A DNA stretch of 64,000 bases, taken from NCBI GenBank assembly GCA_951406725.2, contig OX597823.1, positions 64,728,001 to 64,792,000 of the forward strand. The letters run 5' to 3'. The position numbers were made by a program, and so were the translations under genes. Position 1 is the stretch's first letter. The number at the start of each line of letters is the position of its first letter. The notes beneath the pieces were generated by a model. That model was not told where the DNA came from. It was given only the letters and a program-made list of their open reading frames with translations, and made no database searches. This DNA is from Octopus vulgaris. Taxonomy: Eukaryota. Below, in pieces: positions 39,780 through 53,516 of the stretch.

Positions 39780-41904
39780 TTTATGCTTGCTTCAGCATCT
39801 TTACAATTTATCTTTTACTTGTCTCAGTCATTAGACTGTGGCTATACTGGGGCACCGCCTTGAAGAAATTTTGTTATCGAATTGACCCCTGTGTTTTTTT
39901 CTTTAAGGAGAGATACTTATTTCATTGGGGACATTTGCTGTACTGCTAAGTGATGGGGACACAAACGCACCAGGACTAGTTGTTAAACAACAGTGGAAGA
40001 CACACAGACACAAAGATGCACATACACACATGTACACACACACATACACACATGTACACACACACACACATATGAGTTAAAGGAAGAGGGAAACAAAATG
40101 AAGGCAGAACAAGCTTATCAGATCATTAAAGTTATTTTAATTATTATAATGGTGAATCAAAGTAAGCAAAAGTAAATAATAATGTCTTGCAGCCCTTTCT
40201 GGGATATCCCAGATAATGGATCAACGTATTGATCCACATTTCCATAAATGGGGTATTCTGTCATTGGAGACCAAGTATATATGCAAGAAATTTCTATATA
40301 GAGATGGGGATAGAAAGTTTGATGTAGAGGAAAATATGAAGATCAAGGCTCATAATTCATCCTGACCCTTGACTTTTCTCCCATTATCTGTATAAGCATT
40401 AAGCTGCTAGATCCCATTTTATCGACTGGATGCATTCCTCAATCTGCTTTCTGAACTATGACCTTACCTGGGATTATTGATAAGGAGGTACACCTTCATG
40501 GAAATATGGGTCAACCCCCATACCCTCTAGGTGTGATTTTAGATTAGGTGTGATTTTAGAGAGACTTTCTTAGTTCTTCTTATAAGTTAAATAATCTCTT
40601 AGTGGCCTTTTTATTAGCTTACTGATTTAGATTCCATGATTTCAAGTAGCTTCTCTGTAGGCTAAAGTTTCATCATATTTTTGAAGTATCAGTTTCTAGG
40701 CAGTGGTTTGGAACTTAATACAATATTTGTTCTTTTAAGAATTGAAACTGAATGACTTAAGGTATGTTGAGCAGCTTTGCTTTTGTTTGGTTTCCTATAA
40801 TATTTGATTTAGCTGCAGTAGTAACTAGGGGTTTTCTGCATGTAGGCAAATTAGCACAGTTATTGGAGCATGAGACAAAGCACTTTGCATCATTTATTTC
40901 AGTGCTTTGTATTCTGATTTCAAATTCCCCTGAGATCAACTGTGGTCTTCATCTTCTAGGATCAATGAATAAAATGCCAGCCTAGGGCAGTGAACTGTTA
41001 GAATCACTTGAGGATTGGATGGATTGCATTGCTTTACTTCTAGTTTTTTGCTTTCTGAGTTCAAATCCAACTTACATGGATAGTAATTGAATTTTTGTCT
41101 GGATTACCCTACCACCAAATACTATTACCACTACCAACAAGGTTATTTTTATCAGAGTTCACTTTGTAGCAAGCATTTGGGTCAGATCTCTAGTTTAATA
41201 TACCTTCTTTTGTTCCTCCCGCCTGTACCAAAGGCCCTCTAGAAGGTCATGGACACTGCCTTCCTCCTTGCCAAGTGATAAAGAAAATGCAATTTTTCAT
41301 TACATGGATCAGTGATTCTTAACCAGGGTTCATATGAGATTTGGGGTGGGGTGGGGATCCATGCTAGCAAAGCAGTAAATTGGGGTCTGACAGCAGTATT
41401 TGAAGGGTTCATGTAAAGTTTTCATTTAAGTGTATGTATTGAAAGAAACAGCTAGGTTTCTTGTCCTAACATTTTAGATAGTTCAACTTGCACAAGTGAA
41501 TGAGCGAATAAGCAAATAGGAATTTAGAAAGGAGTATCTGTAAAATTAGTTTTTAAACAACATCGAATGGTTATAGAGATCCACTAATATGTAATTCAGT
41601 CTGCGTGGATTGTATATCGATATGAAAAACCAATCTCTCAGGATTCGGACAACAGGTTCCTGTTTAGGCATCGAGAGACACTCTTTAGACATTATTGTGA
41701 CATCTCACTCATTACACTTAATCAAAAAGTGGAATGGTATTGAGATAGAAATTCTGGATGTATTGGAGCAACAGAAGGGCATAAAAATACCTATCCGTTC
41801 TCAGACCCTTCTAACTGTCTGAGGATGATATTGAATGTATTTTATGAATGTACCATTGTTGGGTTTGTGAAATTACTAAGGGGCTACCCAGGTTTTATTC
41901 AAAT

Positions 41905-42308
41905 TCTTTTATTCTTTTATTTGTTTCAGTCATTTGACTGTGGCCATACTGGAGCATCACCTTTAGTCAAGCAAATCGACACTAGGGCTTATTCTTTGTA
42001 AGCCTAGTACTTATTCTATCAGTCTCTTTTGCTGAACTGCTAAGTGACGGGGGATGTAAACACACCAGCATCAGTTGTTAAGTGATATTGAGGGGACAAA
42101 CACAGTTACACAAACATAGACATACATACATATATATATATATTCGATGGGCTTCTTTCAGTTTCCATCTACCAAATCCATTCACAAGGCTCTTGTCGGC
42201 CCCAGGCTATAGTAGAAGATACTTGCCCAAGGTGCCATGCAGTGGGACTGCACCCAGAACCATGGGGCTGGTAAGGAAGCTACTTACCATATAGCCACTC
42301 CTGCACCT
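41905..42308 (-). mobile_element. SINE family A, full length
   Basis: Reverse complement of the family A consensus. Confidence 0.85.
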
Positions 42309-42897
42309 ATTATTTAGTACTTCAGTGGACAAGACTAGAGGAGGGTTTGATGTTTCTATAATTCAGTGTAGTAATTTTTATGAGTGTCATCAATATGGTA
42401 TACTTATGGAGAAACCTGTCAGGGCCTAACTTACTGGAAGCTAATCTGTATCATTCCTGGCAAACAAAACCTGTAGTGACTTCGTTAGCAAATTTGTTAA
42501 GGACCTCATTAGAAATCTCATTAGTGACTCCAATGATAACCTCATTAGTGATGCAGTTGAGCAGAAATTCACTGAAACTGTTACCAATTATAAACGATGA
42601 GAATATTTTAAGCATCTCAAAAAACATTTATCTGAACAAAGATGATACACAAATTTGTGAAGCTTTCCATATCAAAGGAACAGGTATGGCTGAGTGATTA
42701 AAATGTGGTTTCAGGTTCTATCACACTTTCAAGTGTTGTATCTTAGGCAAAGTATCTTCGGCTATAGGCCCAGGCAAACATCAAGGACTTAGGAGTGAAT
42801 TTGGTAGCTGGAAACTGTAAGATATCTGCATGCGTGTTTTTTTTTTGTGTGTGTGTATGTGTGTGTGTATGTGTTTATGTATAAATATATACATATA

Positions 42898-44172
42898 TTG
42901 GGTCATATCAGAAATAATGTGTTTTTTTCAATTGGAGGGGGACAGGATAAACTACCTGCATCAACATGCTGTAAAAGCAAGTAGTAATTTTACCTTGTAT
43001 TTATTCTTAGAGTAAATTTTGAAGAGTCCAGTTCGATTTTAACAGTTATTTTTTCAAAGCCATAATGGAAGTGACAAAGGAGCATATTCAGCACATTTTG
43101 CTTTACGTGTTCAACAAAAGCAACAACACAATGGAAAATGTGAAGAATATTAATGCAGTGTATGGGGATCGGACAATAAGCATAAGCCAGTGTCAATGGT
43201 GGTTTCAGAAATTCTGAGCTGGAAATAGTATTATCTAGAAACTATTGTCTAGATAAGCTTCATCCTGGAAGATCAGTAAAGCTCAATAAGGATGTCCTGT
43301 AAATGCTGGTGGAACAAAATCCCATTGTAACTGTTGAGGAACTAGCAGAGAAGCTTGGATTTTGTCATTCAACTACTTATCAACACCTTTGTGCCATCAG
43401 AAAAATCAGTAAATTGGGTCAGTGGGTTCCTCACAAACTTTCCGAGTCTAGTTGCATGCAAAGAATGAATGTGTGGTCTACTTTGCTGTCACGTCTCATG
43501 AGTGAACCTTTTGTGGACCAAATATTGACTGGTGATGAGAAATGGGATCTCTATAAAAATGTTAAGCACCGAAGACAGTTGGTAGGGGAAGGAGAAATAC
43601 AGGCACCCCAGGCTAAAGAATGTCTTGAACCACATAAAGTGTTGTTATTTGTTTGCTGGAATATGAAAGGTTTAGTCCACACTGAACGTTTAAACCCAAA
43701 CCATATGGTAACAAAGATCTACTGCAAGCACCTTGGATGGCTTAAATCAGCACTAGAAGGAAAACGACCATCTTTGGTTTCAAGACGAAAGGTGTTCTTC
43801 CATCAAGATAATGCTTGACTACATACAGAGAGGATGACATTCCAAAGACTTGGGCAGTTTAAATGGGAAACGATACCCTGCCCACCATATTCATGGGATA
43901 TTGCCCCATCTGATTATTATTTATTCTGCAATCTTCAAAATAATTTGGATGGAAAAAATATGAATTCCGTAGATGAGGTTAGAACAGTACTGGGGGAGTA
44001 TTTTTTTATCACAGACAAATGAATTTTGGAAGAGGAGCCTTGCAAGTCTGCCAGATAGATGAAAGGATGTAGAAAATGGAGGGTATATTTTAGATTAAAA
44101 AACGAACTTTATTTATTTTCATTTTGAAAAATAAAATAAATATATAAAAACTGCATTATTTATGGGATGAAC

Positions 44173-44175
<3 letters not shown>
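42898..44175 (+). mobile_element. Full-length defective mariner transposon (third family)
   Basis: Degenerate TIRs ttgggtcatatcagaaataatg and cattatttatgggatgaacc. Transposase pieces carry WVPHKL, TGDEKW, HQDNA and PPYSWDIAPSDYYLF. Confidence 0.93.
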
Positions 44176-44211
<36 letters not shown>

Positions 44212-44241
44212 AAAGTTATGGAATGGAGTAGGTCAGATCTG

Positions 44242-44318
44242 GGCTACACATATTTCATAGCAGGCAGAACCTCAGAAATGGTAAAAGAAGGTGTATATCA
44301 TCGGCTATCCTTCAGGCC
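44242..44318 (-). ncRNA. Hammerhead-like motif with extended stem II in a minus-strand Penelope-type terminus (about 44200-44790)
   Basis: Minus strand reads GGC CTGAAGG ATAGC...GCTAT GAAA TATGTG TA GCC. Stem I GGC/GCC and stem II ATAGC/GCTAT pair, with an A9-to-G change. Confidence 0.7.
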
Positions 44319-44839
44319 AAGGATATCTTGATTAAATTAAAGGTTACATTGTTACAAGGATGCACATATTGATGCGTTGAAGATTCAATGATAATGTGTA
44401 GAGAGTACAGTATGAGAGGAGTATATAAATGTAGGGAGAAATAAGTGTTAGAAGAAGGGAAAAAAGGGGAAAAAGAAGAGAGTATAAAGGAGAAGAAAGT
44501 ATAAAGGAATGAGAGGAAGGAGAAATTTAAGCAAAGTCATTTGACTGGTAGTAAATAATAGAGTTGTTTTGGCTGAATCACAGAATTTAATAAGGGGATT
44601 GGTATTGAAGAAAAGATACAATTCAGAGGGAAGTGGATGGAGAAATATTTTTGGTCAAGGGACAGAAAGAAAGTGTGTAGGAATAAAGCAAGTGTGAGGA
44701 ATTTAAATTTGGTTAGTTGGCTGGTGGCATTCAAAAGACTTTTTTGGCTAAATCACAAAAATTAGTAGGGGAGTGGTATTAGAAAAAAAAATATATGTGT
44801 GAGTGTATTTGTGCATATATATGTATATATGTATATATA

Positions 44840-45493
44840 TATATATATGTATATATATAAGAAAGTGAAAAAGGAAAATACACACACTTTACATAGTTTT
44901 AATATAATTTTTAATATATCAACAGGTTTTGCAATCGCTATTCATGATATTATGTTTTGCGTATTTGAATATGTATTTTTTCTTAAGAAGAAATTTTGTC
45001 CATGTTGTGTGTGACAATATTTACGAGTGAATGACTTCGCAAGTAGAAAATAAGGGGAGGTAATTGGTTAACGTTATTATTGTTATTGTTGTGGGTAAGG
45101 GAGATAACTGTTCAGCTTTCGGTAATGGGAGGGGAATATAAATGTACAGACAAAGACAGGTTTCAAAAAACTTGTTTAGTGAGATTTATGTACAGTGATG
45201 TAATCGTGAATTGAAATATGTAAAAAGATAAAAGTTGGTTATGCGTACATATTAAGACATGTTCTATATTTTTCAATGAAAAAGTTTCTTTATTTAAACG
45301 TTCTTGTGGAGAGATTGTCTTTGCACAGGTAGAAGGGGAACACTGTGAAATTTGGTTTGATGTTATCTGCACATTTTTCTATATGTTCACTGAGTGGAAT
45401 TTGCCTGTATTGCGGGAAACGGATTTGCTCTTTATGTAGAGTGGTTCTCTTTCTCAAGGTCATTCTCGTCTGTCTAATATAGCTGTGTCCACA
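44840..45493 (-). mobile_element. Penelope-like element 3' part: GIY-YIG endonuclease relic (45265-45493) plus 3' terminus, inverted relative to the adjacent body
   Basis: Minus-strand translation is CGHSYIRQTRMTLRKRTTLHKEQIRFPQYRQIPLSEHIEKC...FTVFPFY...ERLNKE, matching the PLE GIY-YIG pattern C...YIGQT...L..R...H...I. Confidence 0.85.
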
Positions 45494-45499
45494 ATATGT

Positions 45500-47237
45500 A
45501 AAGTGTGCATATTTTCCTTTTTTAATTTCCTATATACATTACAACTCACCACGTGGGGATAATCGAAATTCCTCCTTTCTGTTACAACTACTATTTACCA
45601 TACGTGGAACGGAAAATGCGACCAGAACCTACTTCAAACTCATTGGATAAAATTACCAGCGAGGACATATTAAAAGAATTGAAAGAAATTAACTCAAATT
45701 TAGTTATTCTAACTAACAAAAGAGATGGACTAAATTACCGTACCTGAGAAAAAACGGAATTTAAACAAAGAAGACAGTCTACAGAACAAGTTAGTCAAAG
45801 TTTGAACAAATTATGCATGACACTACATTCATTTTTCACAAATAACTTTGAGAAAGAATCATCACCAAAATACCGAAACCACAACGAAAATATGCCAATG
45901 TCAGCACATTTGATTAAAAGTTGAATTAGCCATATTTGGTCCAAAAATTTTAACGCTAGGAAATTTCCATTTTGGAACATGATAGAAAATAACAATAAAG
46001 CAGAAATATATGAAAAATGGATTAACTCAACACCTTTAATTCTACCATGCAAACTACAAATTAAACCGATCCCAGAAGAACCCAAACAGCAAAGGAAACT
46101 TAAGGAGAAATTAGCATTAGAGAAAAATGAAAATAGAGATTGAGTTATTCAAACTCAGAGCATCGTATAACGAACAAAAATACAAAAAGATCGATGAGGA
46201 AATGCACACCGAACTCAATAAACATGTTGATGAACAACTTTTGGAAAGTGTTATAAAACTATGGAAAGACAGCTGTGAGACGGAAGAAATAAATTCCCTG
46301 CAACGATGGGAAAACAGTGTTAATTTCTTCCTTAAATATGAAGCTCAGTTTAAAAGAGACTACACTTCAGATAACCCCTTCCTAAAAAAATCCAGAACAA
46401 ATGCATCTACAAAAATAAATACACGTCTACCTTGATCAAAGAAACAAAATCCAAAAGAACACAAACACAGAAAACTGACCCAACGCCGCCTAGAATTAAA
46501 CCATTGTCTATCTAATAACAGGAACTACTCATCAATTAGAAACACTAGAAGAAACCAACCTAGAGTTAGGGGTAATAACTTTTCTCCCCAGCAACTAGAA
46601 ACATCCAAGAGATCCCCTTTACCCCTCAACGAAGAAACAACATAATTAAGCACCCCAACAATTAATTCCAACGAAGAAACCCTATCCATGTGCTCCCAAC
46701 AAGTTTACCCAGGCAGCAACACCAACCTTCCAGCAATCCCAATATAATAAGTAGTAATAATACTGATGTATTAATAACAATAATAACACCAATAATAACG
46801 TCTACCAACCAAATTGCAATAAACATTTTTTAGACCAAGTGGAAAGAAACGGACACGTGTTGGAACAAAACATACAGCAGAAACCCAAAGTGATTAACTT
46901 ATCAAAGAAAACTCTCTCTATAACAAAAATCAATATACTAGCCAAAGGTTTAAAGTTTACTCCAGCCCCATGAAGATCTAACCATAATGAAATTAAAGAC
47001 AGCATTTCGGAATTCTGCAGAAAACTACGACTCGCAGAAGCAATAACTGACTACATTAATGAAGATGAATCACTAGTCAAAGACGAAAGTAATTACCTTC
47101 CACATAAGGGTAGGAATAAAACACTGGATGACTTCTGCAACCATATCCAAAATTTCCCCTACACATTCATTAAACGAAAAATTAATCCGAACCTCAACAA
47201 TCTAGAATGGAAAAATCTGACTGAACTACAAAACTGA
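45500..47237 (+). mobile_element. Penelope-like element 5' part (N-terminal region and start of RT), disrupted and truncated at a family C insertion
   Basis: From 46881 it reads KPKVINLSKKTLS...ILAKGLKFTPAP*...EFCRKLRLAE, the typical PLE pre-RT motif VxNLS...L.KGL.F.P. Upstream protein-like frames span about 45760-46435. Confidence 0.8.
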
Positions 47238-47931
47238 TTGAACTGCACCTAGTCATCATCATCATCATCATCATTTAACGTGTACTCTCCATGCTGGCCT
47301 GGGTTGGACGGTTTGACATGACTCTGGCTTGCAAGGAGCTGTCCAGACACCAGCTGTCTGTTGAGGTGTGGTTTCTATGGCTGGATGACCTTCCTAATGC
47401 CAACCACTTAACAGAGTGTGTTGGATGACTTTTACTGGCATGGTTGCATTTACACAGCACTAGTACAAGTGCATTGATGCAGCACCAGCACAGGTGCTCT
47501 TTAAGTAGCACCTGAAAGGACAAGCCTATATGTGTTGAAGACAGCAATTTTACTTAGCTTGGCATGTCTTATCAGTAAAACCGTGTTTTCCATACATACA
47601 TGCTGAACAATGGGTTATATATTTGTTTTTAAGGTTTTCATAAAAGCAGTGTAAGTGCTTTGGTTCTATTTTGTCAACCTTCAGATCAGTAGCTATATTT
47701 GGATGTAAGTGTAGAAAGGTCATTGAAAGAATTCCAGTTAGAATTTTTTGTTGTTGTTGTATCTGTTACAGATCAGCAGGTTTATCTTTTTCAAATATTC
47801 ATTCAATTGTATTAGATTTATTTCCTTTTTGTTTTTGTGACATTGTATTATAACACATGTACTCAACCCAAGCTCTCATATTTTCCCTTACTGCTTCCTT
47901 AAGTTCCTTCAGTGAAATTCACCCAACAAAA

Positions 47932-48323
47932 TCTCTCTATATATAAAGCTGAAGTTGTCTGTGTATGGCAGGTTTGGTAGCCTTCAACTAACACTATCTC
48001 CTCTGAGACCCTGCGGCGCAAGTTGACCAAAATTGAGAGTATGATAGAAAAAGGTTTGCTCTTCCTTCCGTAGAAGAAAATATTCAAATCGGACCATGTT
48101 AACATGAAAAATTATTTACATGAAAAAGGTGCTTTTTCTTCTATGAAAATCCCTATTTTTACGATTTTTTGACTGCTGTGTCGCCATTTTTCGGTGTATT
48201 TCAACCAGAAAAATGTTCACTTAAAGAGAATAACAAGCTACATAATGCAAAATTTTTACTTTTCAAAACTTCCATTTCTAAAGGGTTAAAATAAACCCGA
48301 GCAACGCCGGGCGATACTACTAG
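47932..48323 (+). mobile_element. Complete non-autonomous Helitron
   Basis: A|TC start, subterminal hairpin cccgagcaacgccggg, CTAG|T end and no TSD. Confidence 0.9.
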
Positions 48324-50028
48324 TATTTTATAATGATGGCCTTTTACCTTATATTCTGTTCCTTCTGTTTGATCCTATTAGTAGATATTACATACAATAC
48401 TAACATTTCATATCTTATTCTCTCTTGTCGCATTTTAAATAATCATTTTCAGAATTTACTGTTGTACAGTTAATAACACATGCATAAGCGACAGTAATTT
48501 AGCAAAACATTATTATAACTAAATGATTAAGATATATGTATAATTTGCTTAATTAAAATTTAAGAATTCTGGTTTAATTTTTAATTGATACTTTTGCTTT
48601 AAATATTTTCATTTTAAATATGATTACATCACTGTTACTCTTTAAACACGTTACTAATAAGTCATAATTTACATACCTTCATTATCTCTCAAAAAATTCC
48701 AAGTATCATTATTTTCAATGTTATACCATTCCTGTTATACAATAAATAATTCTCTAGATACATTGATTTGTATATTTACTGGTCATACGTTCCAAATATG
48801 TTAGATACTGTTGCATATATCACAGGAGAGTACTTTCTCCCTTTTACAACAACAGTGTCTTCATAACATCTTTCATTGGTGCAAGGGATTCAGAAACACT
48901 CATGTGTTGACATGTGATTTGTCTTCCAGAAACACCCCAGATCTTTGAGCTTAAACAAGTTGCTGGCTTTGTTTATAATTTCAGTGAACAAAAATGTTTG
49001 CTGATCAGTGCTTATACATGCTAACTGATAAAAAAATCATTATTTGCACTTTTAATAAGATTAGAGTTATGCCACATTCTTCAAAATCATTGTTATTACT
49101 TTTACTCATTTTCTGTTTTTATAAGATAACATAACTTCTAATATATTTTACTTTGTAATTGCAATGGTTTTTCTCATGAAGTTTTATAAAAAAGATAACT
49201 CTTCCCTCTCTCTAAGTATCTGATAAACTTGGATATTGTTTACTTAGTAACTTAATTACATATTTCTCAGTATCTATATATTCAGAATTCTTGGTGTCTG
49301 TTTTTGTCATTATCTGTTGTTCATAAGATGAAACAATAGATTTTGGCTGCAATAAAAACACATCATACTCTACTTTTTTGATAATTAGAATTGGATGGGT
49401 TTCTGTTTTGTGTTCTTGTATATATAAATGTCAGATGGACTTTATCTATGTTTTAGAGTACATCTCTTGTTAGACAATGTTGCACTGAATCTGACAAATG
49501 TCAATGATTACATTAATAACATAAGCATCTAAGAAATATTTGGTGACTTACACTATAAGTCAGTGTGGAAGTAGTTCCTTTGCTTAGGCAACTAGAAGAC
49601 TCTCTGTGGGAATTGATAATCAAACAATCAATCAATCACTCAATCAATATATAGAGGGCAGCCAAAGTGATCATAAGCAATTCTTAAAATGCTTCATATA
49701 TTGCTTCTATCTTGAACAGAGGTTTTCTAATGGACTAATTTCCTAGTTACAAAATCAGTGATTGTATAACACTGTGTTTTCTATATATTGCAAGCAAGGT
49801 AAACCACTACCATAACTGACAACAAGTACCTACCACCGAGGAGATCCAATAGAAATCAAAACTATGTGTTCAGGTCTTGAAGCTAGGGTGGCAGGATTTA
49901 TCTGCCACTTGCAATGACCATTGGGTGTGAGAAGCACACTAAATAAACCAGCTAGAGGAGACGTCATCCTAGGGTTAAATGGCATTAGTGTTGCCTATGA
50001 GAGGACATCCACATTAAAGTGGCCATAA

Positions 50029-50074
<46 letters not shown>

Positions 50075-50078
<4 letters not shown>

Positions 50079-50340
50079 GTAAAATAATATGTGACAATTG
50101 TTCAGTAGCCAAGATAAAACATCTTTGGATGCCGAGGTAGAAATCCACACCACCATCGCTTCAGTTATCTGGCCAAATAACCAAAGAGATGGTGGTGTGG
50201 ATTTCCACCTCGGCATCTGAAACTCAGAGTTTTATCTTGGCTACTGAATAATTGTCACATATTATTTTACAGATAAATTCCTCTATTTACATAATATTGA
50301 GGTCTCTTTCTTTCTTTTGTTATCTTACCGTTTTTACTAA
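50075..50340. mobile_element. Second copy of the (TA)n-embedded fold-back element, with two degenerate hammerhead copies in opposite orientation
   Basis: Palindrome centred on tggcca (50170-50175) with the same tail as 36020-36087. Cores are mutated (CCAAAGA on +, CTGAAGC with lost GAAA on -). Confidence 0.8.
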
Positions 50341-50950
50341 TATATATATACACACACACCTAAAAGCATGCACATAAATTCATGTGGACATACATATACA
50401 TACATACATACATACAGAAACAAATCTATACACAGCATACACACAAACACATACAAACATTCATAGCCACATGCATATATATATGCACACACAATATGTA
50501 ATGTGAATAAATGAAGATGGTGATTCCAGAGTTATAAGAGAAATGCTGATGAAGATAACTCATATATGAAAACTCATTTAATTATGTCACAAAGAATATG
50601 TCAATCACATTGAATCCATACAATACTAGTAGTTCAAAAGTATAAATCAGTGTAAAAGTAACAGATATGAGTACAGTGTGTACTAAAATAGTTGTAGAAA
50701 CGACTGCTTATATACAGAGTTATCGTATTGCTTAGCCATGAAAATAGATAAAAATTTCAGCTTATAATGCATGATGAAGTTAAGAGAAGATGATAGCAGT
50801 TCATAGCGATGTGATCAATTAAATAATGATTGAATTAGACACAATCAGACTTCATATTTTACGAAGATGCTCACAAGAAAATTATTGTGGAATAATTAAA
50901 AAAAAAAATTCTTGACAATATTTCAAACTAATTTGTGTATCTTCTCATAA

Positions 50951-51011
<61 letters not shown>

Positions 51012-51639
51012 TAATAAGCTAAAAGAAATATTCTTTACATAATGTCTGTGTGGGTTTCAGAGTATGCATATCAGAATGTATGTGTCTGTGTGACAGTGTT
51101 GTTTTCTGAGTGATGATGTGAGCTCATGTAAATAGAAGAACATGTTCTGGTTGTCTACAAAAAAACTATGGGTCGTTTTGTGTCCCATAGAATTGATCAG
51201 TCTTTCTGTAAGAATGATTCATGCTAGCAAAATAAAGTGGATGGGTAAGTTGGAAGTAGCCAAGAGAAAGAACCAACCACATAACTAAAATTTCTAAGAG
51301 TTAACCTTTATTTAATCAAGGTATTCTCAGACTGGTGATTAACTAGGTTGAGTACCTGTCATTGAGTAATTATTACAGCAGAGGATCAACCAGCTAAGAA
51401 AAATATATAGCCTGCATTTTCTCCATTCCACTCCCTCAATTTGAATTTTTGTTCATATTTTAGCAAGTGTAGTCGTTACTTCTGGCAAGAATAGTTGCCA
51501 TAGTGAAGTATACAGAAAATTTCATCTTATGGCTAAGTTGAAAGGATTGGTCATTGGTAAACAGTATTCTGCAAATCCAAAAGTGTCAAGGGAGTAATTG
51601 ATAGATTTAATGCAGCATAATTATAGCAATAATGATAAA

Positions 51640-52103
51640 TGGATGATTTCAGTGTCACTACATATGTTTCAGTAGCAAATTTTATCATTAACAGATTGCA
51701 TCATATAATTTCGTGTGAAATAACATGCAGCATCATAAAGATTATACAATAATGTGTTTTCATAATTAATCACATCGTCAGATGGTACTCCCTTAGAGTT
51801 TTATTAGGTGATATGCCACCAATGGGATTATGGTAAGTACTACAATTCCATTGGTGGAATAAAATCATCAAATAAACCTTAAATGGAAGTGTTATTTAAT
51901 GGCATGATCAGAATCCCGTTGATGGCATATCACTTAATAAACCTCTAATGGAATATTACCTGATGATGTGGCAAGATATGTAAAAGCATTACTGCATAAT
52001 CTTATATGGTCTCACATGTTATTGCATGTGAAATTATATGACACAATTTATCTATAATAACATTTCTTACTGAGAGATATGAAGTAATACTTAAATTATT
52101 CAT
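51640..52103. repeat. Old long inverted repeat (arms about 195 bp, spacer about 75 bp)
   Basis: tcacatcgtcagatggtactcccttagagttttattaggtgatatgccacc mirrors gatggcatatcacttaataaacctctaatggaatattacctgatgatgtgg. Similarity continues outward at roughly 70-75% by eye. Confidence 0.85.
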
Positions 52104-52194
52104 GTGTTTCATCTTCATTACTATATATGTGTATGCATGTGTGTGGGGTGGGTGGGGATTGAGGATGTATGTGTATGAGTGTGCATGAGTGTAT

Positions 52195-53468
52195 TGGGTT
52201 GTCAGCTAAATTCATTGGTTTTTTTTATCCTTAATTATCATCAACAGTTTTAATAAATCAGTTGATAGTATATTCTCACTCATTGTCAACAGCTCCTTAC
52301 CAATGTTCCACTAGCTTGTCAATGCCTTCATTGTAGAAATCGTCAGGTCTTGACTAAAAGAATCCATTGAGTCACAGCTTCAGATCCTTGTCATTATATA
52401 ATCTTTTCTACTCTAGACACAAATCCTGAAGTTTTTTGGGGAGAAGGCCAGTCGATTAGATCGACCCCAGTATCCAACTGGTACTTCATTTATCAACCCT
52501 GAAAGGATGAAAGGCAAAGTCGACCTCGGCAGAATTTGAACTCAGAAGTAAAGACAGACAAAATACTACTAAGCATTTCACCTGGTATGCTAACATTTCT
52601 GCCAGCTCGCCGCCTTCATGTCCTTATATAATGAAACACCACATAGACTGTTAAAGAAAAACTAAAACTGATAAGAATCTGAAGGTGTCATATCAGAAGA
52701 ATAGGGCAGGTGCAGTAGAACTTCCCAACTAAGCTACGGAGTAACATTTTTGATTAAATTTAGCAGCATGGTAATGTGTGTTGTTATGCTGAAGAAGTAC
52801 ATGATATTACTGATCTGGTCATTTCAGTTGGACTTCCTTGCTGGGCCAGTTCATTTGCCAAATTCAAAAGTGTGTGTTCGTTGTGTAGTTGTCCGCAGGG
52901 ATTGTGTAGTGGATTAGCACTTCCCAGTCAGAGAACCAAAGCATGCTATGTCAGTGGGTTTTCAGCATTGTAAAATAACCACTTGACATGGTTCAAACAG
53001 CTTTCCTGTGTCTTTGCAAATATGAATTAACCACTTCTTAGTATATACAACTCATGTTGAATATCCTCATGCTCCAAATTTCTGATAATGGCCTATGACA
53101 TCTGAAGTTCTCTGGCAAAAAGAGTCTTTGATTGTTTTGGATCATCGTGGATAATATTTCAAACAGGCTGAATGAATTGCGGCGTCCTTATATTATCTGA
53201 AGATTTGGAACGTTTTTTTGTTTCAGTTACAGTTGAAACATTCTCACCTGAGGCTTCAAATTCCAGCCAAACTATGTATACAACAGATCTGTAACATTTA
53301 GAAGGTTGATGGCATTTTAAATTGCAGTGTTCTGCACATATGGCAAAAATGATTGCATGACCTTTCATTTCTTCTTTTAGCAATTCATCTGCCATGGAGG
53401 ATCTGAAACAGAACCTTTTAATAGGCTCAAAGAGAGTAATATATACTGATAATTAAATGTCCCCAAAT
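52195..53468 (-). mobile_element. Degraded mariner transposon with a SINE family B insertion (about 52435-52615)
   Basis: TA|ttgggttgtc end. Minus-strand motifs include GWEVLLHLPYSSDMTPSD and GIDKLVEHW. Confidence 0.75.
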
Positions 53469-53516
53469 ATCCCTCATACCACACACACAGACATACATGC
53501 ATATATATATGTGTGT

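Noticed and set aside
40190-40840. Unique-looking stretch that may be a decayed retroelement coding region
   Set aside because: No motif could be identified with confidence in any frame.
48780-48930. Minus-strand EGF-like text (HECF*IPCTNERC)
   Set aside because: Contains a stop, has incomplete cysteine spacing and no splice support.
49329-49470. Frame ETIDFGCNKNTSYSTFLII resembling the next expected CFAP65 motif
   Set aside because: The only nearby acceptor is a weak AAG in the wrong phase, with an in-frame stop just upstream. Similarity is too short to trust.
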